A stretch of 64,000 nucleotides of DNA from Mytilus californianus (lineage: Eukaryota). This document shows, piece by piece, positions 1 to 12,749 of this stretch. Each line of letters opens with the position of its first letter. Within the stretch, counting starts at the first letter, position 1. The stretch is from the NCBI RefSeq assembly GCF_021869535.1, contig NW_026262604.1, forward strand, positions 64,852,001 through 64,916,000, given 5' to 3'. Both the position numbers and the translations under genes were made by a program. The notes under the pieces are model-generated. The model searched no databases, had not been told where the DNA came from, and worked only from the letters and a program-made list of their open reading frames with translations.

Positions 1-200
1 GGAGCAGGATCTGCTTAACCTTCCGAAGCACCCGAGCTCATCTCCTGTTTTTGGTTGGGTTCGTGTTGTTCAGTCTTTATTTTTCTTTATTGTTTTTTGT
101 ATACTGTTGTTTATCTTTTTGCTTTTTTATGCGATGGTGTTGTCAGTTTATGTTTGACTAATGATTTGAATGTCCCGTTGATATCTTTTTGCCTATTTAA
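1..200 (+). repeat. Fragment of PLE-associated pseudo-LTR-type interspersed repeat
   Basis: ggagcaggatctgctta(a/c)ccttccg(a/g)agcac...gggttcgtgttg recurs at about 52559-52630. Confidence 0.6.
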
Positions 201-288
201 TACATAAATGCTTGGAAAAAGGGAATTTGGAATTAAACGCTAGATGATCCGCTAACAGATCACACTTTATGTAATACGAAAGTTTTAC

Positions 289-401
289 CTGGCAAACACC
301 AATCTGGTGGGGCAGGTTTATTCCTCACAAAGTGCATACATTTGGTACGAAACTCGTTCTGAAAATGATCATCTGGAATTTCAAATGGAAAACAATGCTC
401 T
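289..401 (-). CDS. Peroxidase coding exon 6
   Basis: actttcag| ... G|GTAAAA; EHCFPFEIPDDHFQNEFRTKCMHFVRNKPAPPDWCLP. Confidence 0.92.
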
Positions 402-3400
402 CTGAAAGTAATATTTATCGTTATTCATTTACAAATATAAACTAGGTAGTAAAATACCAAAAATACCGAACTCCGAGGAAAATTCTAAACGGATTCTTAT
501 TTTTTTTTAAATTAACTATTTTGTAAACTATATGTTGTTCCGAATATATAGTAATTACACTGCTCTTCAATTGCAAGAAAAACAAGAAAATATATGGAAA
601 ATATGAGAACAATATCTTATCTATTGACAAATACATATACATACTTAGGTTTAACACAATCTTCATCACAATCTTCTATTTTCTGTTCATTGAACATATC
701 TATAAGAATGAAAGGAAGAGTAAGGTAACTTGTTTTAAGGTAGGTCCTATAACTGAGGCCGACCTGGATGAAGGTCGGGGAAATTTAGACTGCCACTGAA
801 AAAATGAGGGTATATTGGATATGAACAGAAATGTTGCATTGCAACAGGCCACCTACGGAACGCTCAAAGAGTTGTTGCAATGGATCTTGAAGTGCATAGA
901 ACGTTGCTTTTTCTTTTAACATTCTCATTCTGACAAAACATGGCTGCGTACTTTTACATCCCGCACAAACAAACGGACGAACTACGTATACTTCAGCAAG
1001 GGTTTTACTTCAGGTTGGAAGAAGACAAACAGTGACTTTATTTGAAAGGCTTTAAAAAGATGAAAAAATTAATTTGTTTTATTCTCGTTGCAGAAGCATG
1101 TAAAATGCAGCAACATTGACTTTGAAAGTAGCAATGAGACTCTCCGTGAAAAAACGATGAGCAACACAGGAGTACATAGAAATATACAATATTCAAGCAA
1201 CAAGTCATCGTCATATGTATATACCTCCATTAACACAACCGGGGAGGCCATTTTACCTTATTTGGTTTTAAAACGGCGTGCAAGTCCATTGATGGCATAC
1301 CCAAGAAAAACAAATAAAGATCGGCGCCCTATCAGGTCAGTCCGTTATATCAACATATAATCATTACAGTCAATTTCAGCAGATGTTATACGATTTATAA
1401 AATGATCTATATAAAACATATGTATAACTGTTTTTCAGATAAAACATCAGATTAGTTTTCATGTATGATTAAAAATGCAAAAAAACATTTGTATAACTGC
1501 TTTTCGATCAGTATAGTTTCCATATATAATTAAACATGCATTAAATAACATTTTAATGATCAAACCATTTTTCTTGACCTACTTACCATTAGGAGTAGAA
1601 TCAGGAATCTTAGTTGCCGGCGTTTTGATGACGTCATGATCAACAAACTGTGCAAAGTGAACTAAAGTAAGAGTGTATCTTGTACTTCTAGGGGACCTAA
1701 AATCTTTTGTCGTACTCAATACCACATTCGAAATTTCTCTTGGACTTGTCAATTTTCCATTTTTACCATAAATTCTTGGAATATATCCTAAATTATCAGC
1801 TAACAGAAAAACAAATGTTTTGTGCATATATCTGATAATAAATAAACACGAACCCATTTTTCTATGTAATCATTTTATTTAAGAAAGTTTTCTCGAACGC
1901 CAATTCAATACACATTTGCAGATTATTAATACATTGTCTAATCCGGGAATTATCAGAAGTTTCATATCTAAACAAGTCGTACTTGTATCTTACACAAAAC
2001 TTGACGATTGTTTGTTTAAAATTATTTATTTTCAACAATTCTACAGCCAAATGCGTTGTATCTCGTTCTTTTCTAATCGTTTTGAGACTATTCCGTATAT
2101 TGGCGTTATTTTTCAGCAATTCATTGTTAGATCATTTTAAATGTATACGTTTACAAAATTCTTAAATGTTTTTCGATGAGATTCGTTTCAACAGTTTCTC
2201 TTTTTTTTTACAATACACCCGTCTATGCAATAGTTACACTTGTATTGATACCTTGGGGTGGGAATCTTAAATCTCGGTTTATTTTGATGTCTGGAAGCTT
2301 CAAACGATCTCAAAATAATTTGCTCACGATGTGTTAGTTGCAGGCCAATGATTTGTCTATCGTTTAAAGAATAGGAGGCTTGTTTTCATTTGGGTGTTTT
2401 GTTTTTGTTTATGAAAAATCTTCATATACTGTAATTTGCAGGTGGTTTTAAAACTCTTGCATACGATTTTAAGTCACTTTAATTAGATTTCATATTGGTT
2501 ACGTCATGTACGTTTTGATTTAATTTTTTTTTCAAGATGGAAATTTTTCCATCGAATATCTTGCTTGTGCACGACATTACGAACAGCGACAGCTTCAACC
2601 CGTTCTCAAGTTTCTTCTACAAATTCTCCAAACAATCACTTACGGAGACAAACTTAAAATTCACCTAATCAGCTAAAACGTTTACTTGAAAAAACCCACA
2701 TGATTAGAACTGTTAGGGTCATCATGTTCCCTTTTTTGCGTTCAGTTTTCGTCTCAAAAATACATTCAGAAGGTTTGCGTTTACATGGATCTACTTGTAA
2801 TAATTCATGTATCGACTTCTGCAATCTTGATAAGTTTCTTTCGTCGAGGTATACGTTTTTAATTTAATTACTGAATAAATTGATTAGAATTATATACGTT
2901 TATTCCTCACAATATCACAATAAAAAAACCAAAAGACTTCTATATGTTTAGCTAGTCAAAGTACGGCGTCAAAGCAAACAAATAAAATAGCCTTTCAAGA
3001 CGTCATAATTATTTGGACTATATGTTTAGTATGCTCACATCCGTGAGAATGAATAAAAATAATAAAAAAAAACACGGTTAAACTTGGTTTACACATGTTT
3101 GACATTTGGCAGGTATGCTGTTTAAATTACAATTTAACTTACGGTCCCCATATTCTGGATCCACAAACCTTGCCTGAGCTGTTAATGAAGCACCTTTTAG
3201 GACACCAGTGTACGGATTATTGCACGACCCGTCTGGCATTCGATAATGATAACTGGATATACATCGGTCCCTTTGAGGTTTCAAATGGTTGCATACTTCT
3301 GATATTTTAGGATAAAGGGTAGCAAGAGCCTCCTGCACCTGTTGACTCTTTAAAGGTAGTCCAGTACTGGAAAAAAATATGTGCAACATAATTTTGTATA

Positions 3401-6400
3401 CATGAGTTTTAGCTTAAGTGAGAAATAAAGCAACATAAAGTAGATTGAAGAACGACATGAGTTCACATTAGCTGGTTACATACATTTCAAATCCAAGTGG
3501 ATAACATTCCGATATGCAATGTCTGCTGAATAATCCGAAACAATAAGTTTGTTTAATCCCAGGCATAAAGATTTGACGCGTATTGTATCTTTGTATTTTC
3601 AATGCTCATAAATATCGTTTATGCTTTGCTCGTCCAACTGCTTAAATCGAGGAACTCCAATTTGATTCATGTAGACGAGTATTAAAGAAATACCACGTGT
3701 TGGCCCTCAATGCTCAATATATAACCGCGAGAGGTAAAATATCGGCATAAAGTATAAAACCGTGGTAAAATTAGTATAAATTCAAGTTCCCATGAACTAG
3801 TTCTATTCTTTTAGGACAAGTACGTCAAATCTTTTGGATCGAGGCGCTCTAGGTGAAGGCAAACATTTGCCGTTCCCGTATAATATTGTATTATTAATCA
3901 TGTATATGTATCGTTTGTTTTATCTTTCCGTGTTTCAATAACTTTCAGTTTCACATTCATGCATTTTCCCATATAATGCTTATATTCTTACATCGGCCAA
4001 AACAAATCATGACGTTCCGACCAGCTGACAATCAATATATTCATATTTTACCACGGGTATATACTGAAAGAACGTACAATTAGAATATAGGAGTAAACAA
4101 GTGGAGGTTATTGCTGTGTGAATATGGTGAACCGGGCCGATAAACTCTCAAACTGAATAAAAGTCAGAATGACTGTTATGAAAAGTGTGCGAGTCAGCGC
4201 CAGCTTTATACATCAATAACCTCTAGAAAAAATGTGTATCTTATCTCTAATTCTAAACCGTTACATTTGCAATTAACATTTTTTTGTTGGTTCATTGGCT
4301 ACTATTTACCATCAATAGCAAAATTGTCATGTCGTAACTACGTAGTTAGCCGCCATATAAGTTGAAAATTCTTTCTTAATTTCTGGGGAACCTATCCTGA
4401 ATTTAAAATATGTGATGAGGCTTTTTATGAACTTGCCCGTGTGTAAAATTTGTGCCACTTAATACGCTGTAATACGCAAATGTGCCACTTAGATGTGTAG
4501 AAATTTTTGACGAAGCGTTTTCGATAGTAATTTACGAGTTACGTCCCTTTGTTTACTCTTTTCATAAACAAACTTATTTGTACTATTATATACATATTTA
4601 GCACCATATGCTGCTATTTACAAGTGAAAATAATGAAAATAATTTATTATCTTTTTACTAAATATATTTATACTACAGACATATGTAAAACAATCAGGTA
4701 AACATGTTTTATCATTTTTAAAACAGTTCCAGGACTGAAATATGGCTATTACTCTGGGCTATAATATTTTATTCCACAAGTCAACTTAATACTTTTGTAT
4801 ATATTTCTACTGCTGTAACCAAATAACACCAACACAGAAATATTTTTTTTTACTTCATAAAGGCCAGGGCTAGCCAAACTATGCATAAATACTGGATCTA
4901 GACAGGGTTAAAATGTTGAATTCCCATGCAATACTGATACCTTTTTCATATATATATTCAAAAGAAATAATACTCAAAGTATTCTTAATGTAAATTCTTC
5001 ATAATTTGAAATAAAAGGAAATTGATTTGCAATCTGTGTATGTTTAATAACTAAACTAAATATAACACTAAATTTTGTCTCATTCCATACAGTTTCTACT
5101 GAATGGACTCAAATTGTAAAAAAAGCCTAAACTAATGGAAAATAATCAAAATGGTTTATAATGAACTCGAGAACAAATACTAACGAGAAAGATTCGATCT
5201 CATTCATTTCTTCTTCTATTCTAAAAATATAACTAGGCATATTTAGTATTTCAGTGCAGTGTTTGAGTGCTTAGACTAAGCCAATAATTATTTTTTTGGA
5301 ACACAAATAAGTCACACTAACTTCATGTATTATGAAAATGCTTTGAATAAGAGAGATTAAAAAGCAAGTCTGGTATACATTGCTTGATGTTCTAAGGACA
5401 ACACTTTATGTTACCATTGTACACGTATGTAATATTTGCATTCACTTTTGCAGGAGTACTTCATAAAAAAAAATATGTAAACACAATGAATGATTTTTTC
5501 CAGGTAATTAATCCAGTCAAATTTACAGCTGAACTCGCTATTGGTTTTTCAAACAAACACACTAAACATGCTTAATGAGTGTACATTATGTGCACATGCA
5601 TGTTGACATCGATGTGTAAGGCCAACAAACTACAATGTCAAATAATGTCTTTCTTTCGGAATTTAGTTCAAAAGAGGTATCATAAGGGGGGACAGAACGT
5701 TAGACTTGAACTTTTATTTTTAATTTTGAGATACTCATTATATTTCTTTTTACCTCTGTATATCATATATAATCTAGGTTTATCTGTGAAAAAACTTCGG
5801 AAGAAAAAACTAATACTAGTATCAGACAATTAAGCATTATCATATTTATTTTAATTTATTTGTTAAAGGACGGCCAATTTGGATATTATTTTTTTTAATA
5901 ATAAGACTCATGCTAAAAAGATAGAAAGACATCAATTTCTCTTTTTTTTGTGCTTTTTTCACATTTCTTGATCGGTGTGAGGAAAATATTTCTCCTCACT
6001 AGCGAAATTTCTGTTCTCAGCAAATGATTGGTCAAAATTTAATTATGACGTCAACTTTTCTTCTGAATTTTTTATTGTGACGTCATGAAAAAGACAACCA
6101 TGTCTGATGACGTCAGATAAAAAAAACACAATTTTTTTTGCAAAAGAAGGGTAACAATCTATATTTCTGTTTAGTAAGATAACAACGACAGTTAAATTTA
6201 AACAATTTAACAAATTTATTTCTTATACTGTACCGATATCAATAGTGTGACGTTGACTTTTATTACGTCACTTTCACAACAACAACAGGTACCGGGCTGG
6301 AACAAACAAACGTAGGTATACTGTCAAATCTACATTTACTAGTACTTCCTATTAACTTTTCTGTGCATAAACAAAATTGCCTCTTTTCCCCAAATACCAT

Positions 6401-9400
6401 TAACATTGTGACATAGGATAACTACGGGAAAATACACGCATATGAAAGTCGTCTAAGAATTATTACGTCAAGGGGAGCGTTGCATAATACGGAAAACATG
6501 GCGAATATGACAACTTCTTGGTTTCGTATTTTCCAATACTGAAAACCCAGAATTTATTGGCGAAAGTGGTGTAAAGAATATGCCAGACAGAGGAGCTCCT
6601 GCAATAGCATATTTCATGCTCATGTTTACAACTAATCTTATGAAGAAGATAGTTCTTGAAACAAACAGGTAAAATGTTCGCTCTTCCGGCAGTTCTGTCT
6701 TCATGAAACTGATAAAATATTATTAATAGAGTATATTAATATTGTCATACATTAACCTACAGGTAATTGGGTTGGCTCGTGGCTTTGATTATTCTATGTA
6801 TATCAGTTTAAAATTCACAGAAACACTTCCCGTCTGCATGTGAATTTCCTAAAAATTTATCTTAGATTATTTCACCCCTGCCCTACCCCCCTTTTTCCCT
6901 CTACAAAAAAGAAGGTAAGAAATTTAAGCACAATTTTCCGATGTGAAGAAAAACTAATTTAGACTATGAACAAAATTTAGAAGAAAAGGAGTGAATAGCC
7001 TAGTGCATTTATCATAGTAAAAGCAAAGGCATTATTGAAATTAGTTTTAATATTCCAATGCGATTAGTTGATGAGATATTCTGTAGATGTTGATAATCAA
7101 ACGTTTTTTTTTTTGGAGGAGAGGGGGTGGTGGGCGTATCCTTGATGTTAACTGTATGATACTGATCGTGTGTTGCTATTTTTTGTTTGCGACTGAACTC
7201 AATTCAGGATCGTAGATATCCAATTCTTATTAAGCCGCCGCGATGAAGCCTTTTTGTGCTGAGGCGGCGTAACCAAACATTAATTAATTAATCCAATGTT
7301 CACTCTGAAGTAGGCAATAGAGCAAAAAGGTGTATTTAAATGACTTTTTGTTATCAAATAAATGAAACTTTTAAATACGGCACTTACACATCAACCCAAC
7401 ATAACCTATACACCCAAGCTACACGTTAAAGTAATTTGCTCTTATTCAAACTGTCTTAAAAAGATTGGGTTTCAGGCTTTTATGGCGTTGATATGCTATA
7501 ATTGATTTATTGACACAATACCTGCCTTGAAAAAAAATGCAGTACTATAAACATCTCAGAAATTTAAAATTTCTTTTTGAAGTTAAATCATTTACTACAA
7601 TGCAAAAACGTATTCACGTTTTTTAATTTCTCTAATTGGACAAGTGAGAAACCCCTTTATATTTTAAAAACATTATATCTGTAAATATGTACTATTTATT
7701 GACCCCCTCCCCCCAGTAGAATAAAACAACACAAAAACAAAACACTAAAAAAAATTTAAAAAAAATTCCCAAAATATCTTAGCAAAAATATTTTTTCATC
7801 TCATCAACATAAAAGTAAGGGACCGGAATGTTAATAGGCAATTAAAAATTAGATTCGGCTAGCAAAATTATTTCCTCTAATGTACTCTGTATATACAAAG
7901 ATATTTTTCAAGAAGTTATCGATAAACTCGACTTTTAATTGGTTTCTGATTGTTTATTGAAGTATCTACAGTACGGTAATACAAAACAATTTTTTTAACT
8001 AAAGCAGATTATACATTGATTTTTGTTTTAAAGAAAATTACAGTTAAACTATTTTACCTTAATTGTCGTTTTTTTAATTTTTTTAATGTGATGATAATTT
8101 TATTTCAGATATGCTCGATCATTTACAAAAACCAATATGCAAAGAATCAACATATGTAGACATTCACGTGTTCACCAATGGATTAAGACTGGGCCGCTAA
8201 CAATAAGTAAATTCAAAGGGTTTCTTGTCGCTATTTTAAATATTGAACTGAATAAGAGACCGACACTTCAGTGCTTCTAACAGAAATAGAAAAAAATCAC
8301 AAGAAAACAAGTGGTTCAGAAAGATGTTTCCAAGGAACAGGTTTCAATTTATTCTTAAATTTTTACATGTTGTGGATAACCGTAAAGTTTCAGGCAGAAA
8401 TGATCCTACATATGACTGGTACTTTGCGATGTAACCGGCCAATGCTACAAAGAATTAAAAAAACCTGAATTACTTTCGGATGAATCTGTATTTCTGAGGA
8501 GACAGAAAAATTAATCTGTGCATAAAGAAAAAACAAACGAAAACCAATTTCGCTTAGTGTCAACATTTTGCAAAGCAGCAGTTTCAACACATGGCAACCC
8601 AACTGCTTTAGAAAGTTATAGTAAAAATATGGGAGGAGTCGATCGGAATGATATGTTCTACAACGATGAAAGGAAAACCGTCAAAATGTGGAAGAAACTG
8701 ATGTTTAATCTTTTTCAAAGTTTATGATAAATTCGTACATTATTTTCCAAAAAAAAAAAAAAAACTCAAACAACCCTCGTCCACTATCACGCCTTCAGTT
8801 TATTCACGAGGTATCAACGGAACATCTGAGAGATCGATTCCCGTGTCAATTAGAAAATCGGAGGCAAGAACTTCGAAGGAAAGCTAACGGCAAAATGAAA
8901 GATTGTGTCGTCCATGTATGTTCTTATCGAAATAACAGAAGAAGGTAGACTACAATGTATTAATGTCTGCGCGATGTATACAGTCTGTGTTTTAACGGAC
9001 ATTTAGTTCTATGCGACGACCAGTAATATTTTGAAATTTACAAATAATAAAAATTATCCCATATTATTATTTTTAGATTATTATTAAAAATAATAATTTC
9101 TAAAATAAATAAGTGTTATAAGTTATATCAAGAGACTCACAAAAACCCAAACAAAGCAATTTATATTGATAACACTTATTCAAAATATAAAATTTCCTGC
9201 CGAAGGTCGGTGGTTCTGATTGGGCTAATTATGGCTTTCCTCCAACAATAAAAATGACCGTCACAATATAGCCAATATAGTGCCGAAAGAAGCGTTAAAA
9301 ACCAACAATCAATTAAAATGCAAGAAGAAGAATAAGTAGAACGTACCTGCAATGTCTTATAATCAGTGAACGATATTCAAATTGAGCATTGACATATAAA

Positions 9401-11556
9401 CACATCAATAAAATGAGATGTGGCTAATACGTCAATGAAAGGGCAATCAAATGAGACCTTCCTATTATTCTATAATTTTTTTATCAATCGATTTTTCTAA
9501 CTCTCATTGTTTTGTTAGTTTGCTGCTATTTTTTATTTATTTTTTTTTTTTTTTGCTAAAATCAACTAATTTCTATACTTATGTATATTGCTACTCCACC
9601 TAAATTTCCTTAACCATCTTCAACCGCCACAGCGTGCAATGAATAAATAGCACACGTCCTATGCATGAAGAAGAGTAACAAATGCGGTAGGAACGACAAC
9701 GTTGAAAATCTGAAACTATCGTCGAAATATTGTTACGTTTTTAATGTCTTGGAATCTTTGAAATTTAGTCTTGGCATTGAAAGGGTTAATGACGTGTATG
9801 CCAACGATCATTCATGGAATTTCGCGGAATTATATTTAATTTTAACTTTGTAGTTTCCAAACGTTAATGCCTTCCTTCTTTTGACGTATCCGACTAGAAA
9901 TAACAGTAACATATGTTTGTTTTTCTATCTCAATTCACTTAGAAATCCTGGATCCCATCAATTTGTATCGCGGATGAATAGGTCAAAGTGATGGTTACGA
10001 AAGCAGTTTCGAAGTGTAAACCGAGGGGAAAATCCTATTCAAGTATTTGTAGATATGCAAATCATAAAAGAATAATTGTTTTCTATTTACAGAATTTGGT
10101 GTCCATGCAAGAATTCACCTTGTAATCCTAAAGACCAAGTTCGATTTTGCGCTGGGCATATTGTATAGACACGTTTGTAAGGTTAAAGACTAAATTTCAA
10201 TGACTCGCTGTTATTTGTATCGTTTGGTTGCTGTGTCATCTATGTATACCTCTTACTTTCTTTAACACATAATAAATAAGTTCAAAAGTGTCACTTACCC
10301 GATCCTTATCCTCTTAGCAAAATCTGCAAATACGAGACCGGATATGGCAACACTAAAAGCAGCTGCCGGGTCTTCCATTTGGCCAGCAAATAAGTCCATT
10401 TTATCTTTAGGGGAACGACCAGATTGTCTTACACGTATTACAGGAGATGCAGGTAATGGCACTGTAAAGGCGGATATATACTTCTGTTTAACATACAAAA
10501 TTTTTACCACATAGGTCAGGTACGTAATTTGATAAACTTTAAGATACAGAAGAGCATTTCCATTCAAATAAATATGGCCGTGACAGGACACACTCTAATC
10601 AATTTTACTGTATCGCAATTATGTATTTCCAATCAAGTGTAGAATACAAAACGAGTTTTGTAAATTCTACATTATGACGTGCAATTTAAGGATATGGCAA
10701 ATACATTTAAGCAATGTGTACTATTCAACTTCTAGTATTCTCATTTAATTTGTAAATATAGTAAATAGTTTTAAAAATGCAATTCAAAGTTACAATACAA
10801 ATTGACGTCATCATGAATACTCAGTATTTATATTTTTTCATCTGTTAATTGTACAATAATTTTTGCTAATTTTCAGCTTAGTAATGAAGGTCATATTTGC
10901 AACCGTGGACACCTGTGGTGACCAGACGGACCCGGATCCCAGAAAAATATTTAAGTAGCGAATAGCCTCGGTCAATACCTTTGAAATGAGTTAGCTAGGT
11001 CTGGTTCGGAACTTTGCCGTAGGAACTTTCCGAGATAGTTTGTTTGTCTTTGTTTACTGTCAGATATTAGGAATGTCTAGTTTTATCCCTGTAGCGCCAT
11101 TGAAAAAATTGCACGCTGACCCCTACTTTTATTTCAATAATTTTATTATATATAGCTTATATAAGAATTTTCTGAAAATCTTATAAAACCCTTGTAACAT
11201 TTTCGTAATTTTTTATAATAAAAAGTGTGCCAATGTTAAATGAACGAAATATCTAAAACAAAAACAAAAAACAACATGGACTTTTCATTTTTGTTCTGCT
11301 TTTGAGTTCCATTATTTATTTACTATCACTTATGGCAGTCTTTTAAAAAGTTTGTTATTTTGAAACAGCAGCTCACATCCTTGAAATATGTTAACTTACG
11401 TTTCGACCGAAACTGTCGGGGCACATACTTGTCTACTGCATCATCTAAAGCCTTGTTCAGGATTGTGTACAATGTAGCATTTTTCCCTTGTGTTATACAT
11501 GTTATAGGTGTCAATATATAAAATAGAACAATAGCTAGTGCTGTAACCCATATCAT
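289..11556 (-). CDS. Secreted animal heme peroxidase (peroxidase-cyclooxygenase superfamily, An_peroxidase-type), 5' half; gene continues beyond position 1
   Basis: Six exons join in phase with GT-AG sites: 11556-11400, 10461-10299, 3366-3143, 1799-1587, 699-645, 401-289. Product has a signal peptide (MIWVTALAIVLFYILTPITC), YRMPDGSCNNP, ARFVDPEYGD, SPREISN, the distal-His motif FAQFVDHD and CFPFEIP...CMHFVR. Confidence 0.93.
645..699 (-). CDS. Peroxidase coding exon 5 (55-nt mini-exon)
   Basis: cattcttatag| ... AA|GTATGT; DMFNEQKIEDCDEDCVKP, phase 1 to phase 2, fits both neighbours. Confidence 0.8.
738..1040 (-). mobile_element. SINE-like retroposon copy in peroxidase intron (approximate)
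   Basis: Aligns by eye to the 41836-42256 copy (ggatgaaggtcggggaaatttagactgccac, caacaggccacctacgg). Confidence 0.8.
1587..1799 (-). CDS. Peroxidase coding exon 4 (distal histidine)
   Basis: tctgttag| ... G|GTAAGT; DNLGYIPRIYG...SPREISN...HFAQFVDHDVIKTP. Confidence 0.95.
3143..3366 (-). CDS. Peroxidase coding exon 3
   Basis: ttttccag| ... C|GTAAGT; TGLPLKSQ...CISSYHYRMPDGSCNNP...ARFVDPEYGD. Confidence 0.92.
6046..6115. promoter_or_regulatory. Cluster of three perfect CRE-type palindromes (TGACGTCA) in a repeat within peroxidase intron 2
   Basis: TGACGTCA at 6046, 6078 and 6108. Function not shown. Confidence 0.35.
8330..9000 (+). mobile_element. Decayed piggyBac transposase, C-terminal half (approximate)
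   Basis: Frameshifted pieces GTGFNLFLNFY, GTLRCNR, YSKNMGGVDRND, RKTVKMWKKLMFNL, NSYII, LSRLQFIHEV and a Cys-rich tail (DCVVHVC...CLRDVYSLC). Confidence 0.85.
10299..10461 (-). CDS. Peroxidase coding exon 2 (pro-region)
   Basis: Acceptor tttacag| gives the only open phase-1 frame (PLPASP...KRIRIG); donor GG|GTAAGT (phase 2) matches the phase of the next exon. Confidence 0.7.
11400..11556 (-). CDS. Peroxidase coding exon 1 (signal peptide)
   Basis: Acceptor tttttttcag immediately before A-ATG; hydrophobic N-terminus; donor C|GTAAGT at 11399 (phase 1). Confidence 0.8.
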
Positions 11557-11616
11557 TCTGAAAAAAAATAAATCCTCATTAAACGTTTTTTAGTTGTTTC
11601 TTCTCTACATTATATT

Positions 11617-11812
11617 AATTGATTGATTGTTGGTTGCTTTACGTCCAGTGGCAAATATTTCATGCATGTTCAGAACAAATTAACAATAAATAGGTTCTGC
11701 AATAAAGGACGTACGGGATGAAGGTCGGGGAATTTTAGACTGTGCCACGGGAAAATGAGGGTATATTGGATAGGGATAGAAATTTTGCCTTTAACAGGCC
11801 ACCTATGGACTT
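11617..11812 (-). mobile_element. 5'-truncated SINE-like copy between two copies of the peroxidase start exon
   Basis: (ATTG)n tail plus acgtccagtggcaaatatttcatgcatg, as in other copies. Confidence 0.8.
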
Positions 11813-11829
11813 CGACATTATAGATAGCA

Positions 11830-11945
11830 TATGTGTTATAGGTGTGAATATATAAAATAGAGGAATAGATAGTATGAAGACCCATAACATTGTGAAAAAG
11901 GAATAAAATCCTCATTGAACGTTTTATATGTGTTTCTCTACTTAC
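11830..11945 (-). pseudogene. Degenerate duplicate of the peroxidase start/signal-peptide exon
   Basis: Encodes MLWVFILSIPLFYIFTPITH versus MIWVTALAIVLFYILTPITC; acceptor reads CAC instead of CAG at 11892-11894. Confidence 0.75.
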
Positions 11946-12749
11946 ATGATCAACTCTACCCTTACATTGCACAGGGGTGTGCGAGTTCTAATTATTGCGT
12001 TACTGATTCTGTCGCACTATTCGCATTACTAAAAACCTCGCAATAATTTCTGAATTTACAGTATTTAAAAATCTTCAAAAACAAATTGATACTATGTTGA
12101 AGTACAGACATAACGTATCGTGTAACGATTTCACCAGGGCTTCTCCACATAACTGTTCTGGAGCATTTGTTTTGTGAATGCAGAACATCCCTGGTCATGT
12201 TCTTGATAAAACAATTTCTCGTGATAATATCTATACAAAAATATATAATAAACGTGACGACTTTACCTTTATTGTTAATTTTTAGTTCCTCGATGGTGAT
12301 GTTCCGTTGGTTCCTGATGTTTCTAAGCTGGTTAAGATATGTACGTATTTTCAGTGACGTCTCTCTAATGTTTATGAAAGTAAAATTTACGCCTCTTTAT
12401 TAGTTATAGAGTATTAGTTTTAATATCATTATTTAATGTAAGTTTCTCAAACAAATACGTTTTATTATTTGTTTATTTACCGTTTACTGATGAATTGTCC
12501 GGATTACGATATATGTGTCCCGTATTACCTTTAAAATGAAGTATAAACATTGGAAAAGGATATGAAGAAACAAAACAGTTCTTTTTGGGTTTATAAGTTT
12601 TGAATTATATTTATTTTATAACTTTGTACATGATCCAGTAATAAAAATAGTAAATATAATCAGATGTGGTATGATCGGGGCGAGACAACTATCCACCAGA
12701 GTTCAAATGAAGTGGATATCCAGTGGAGATCACTTCTAACCTCTCATTA

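Noticed and set aside
1088-1360. Plus-strand 90-aa ORF and other short ORF-track entries in AT-rich DNA
   Set aside because: No recognisable domains, biased low-complexity composition, and location in introns or repeats.
6468-6704. Possible extra peroxidase exon
   Set aside because: No peroxidase motif and no in-frame donor; exons 10299-10461 and 3143-3366 already join in phase.
10299-10400. DLFAGQ...FAKRIRIG read as the peroxidase C-terminal DLF...GDRF motif
   Set aside because: It lies between the signal peptide and YRMPDGSCNN, and no DRFW follows; treated as pro-region with chance resemblance.
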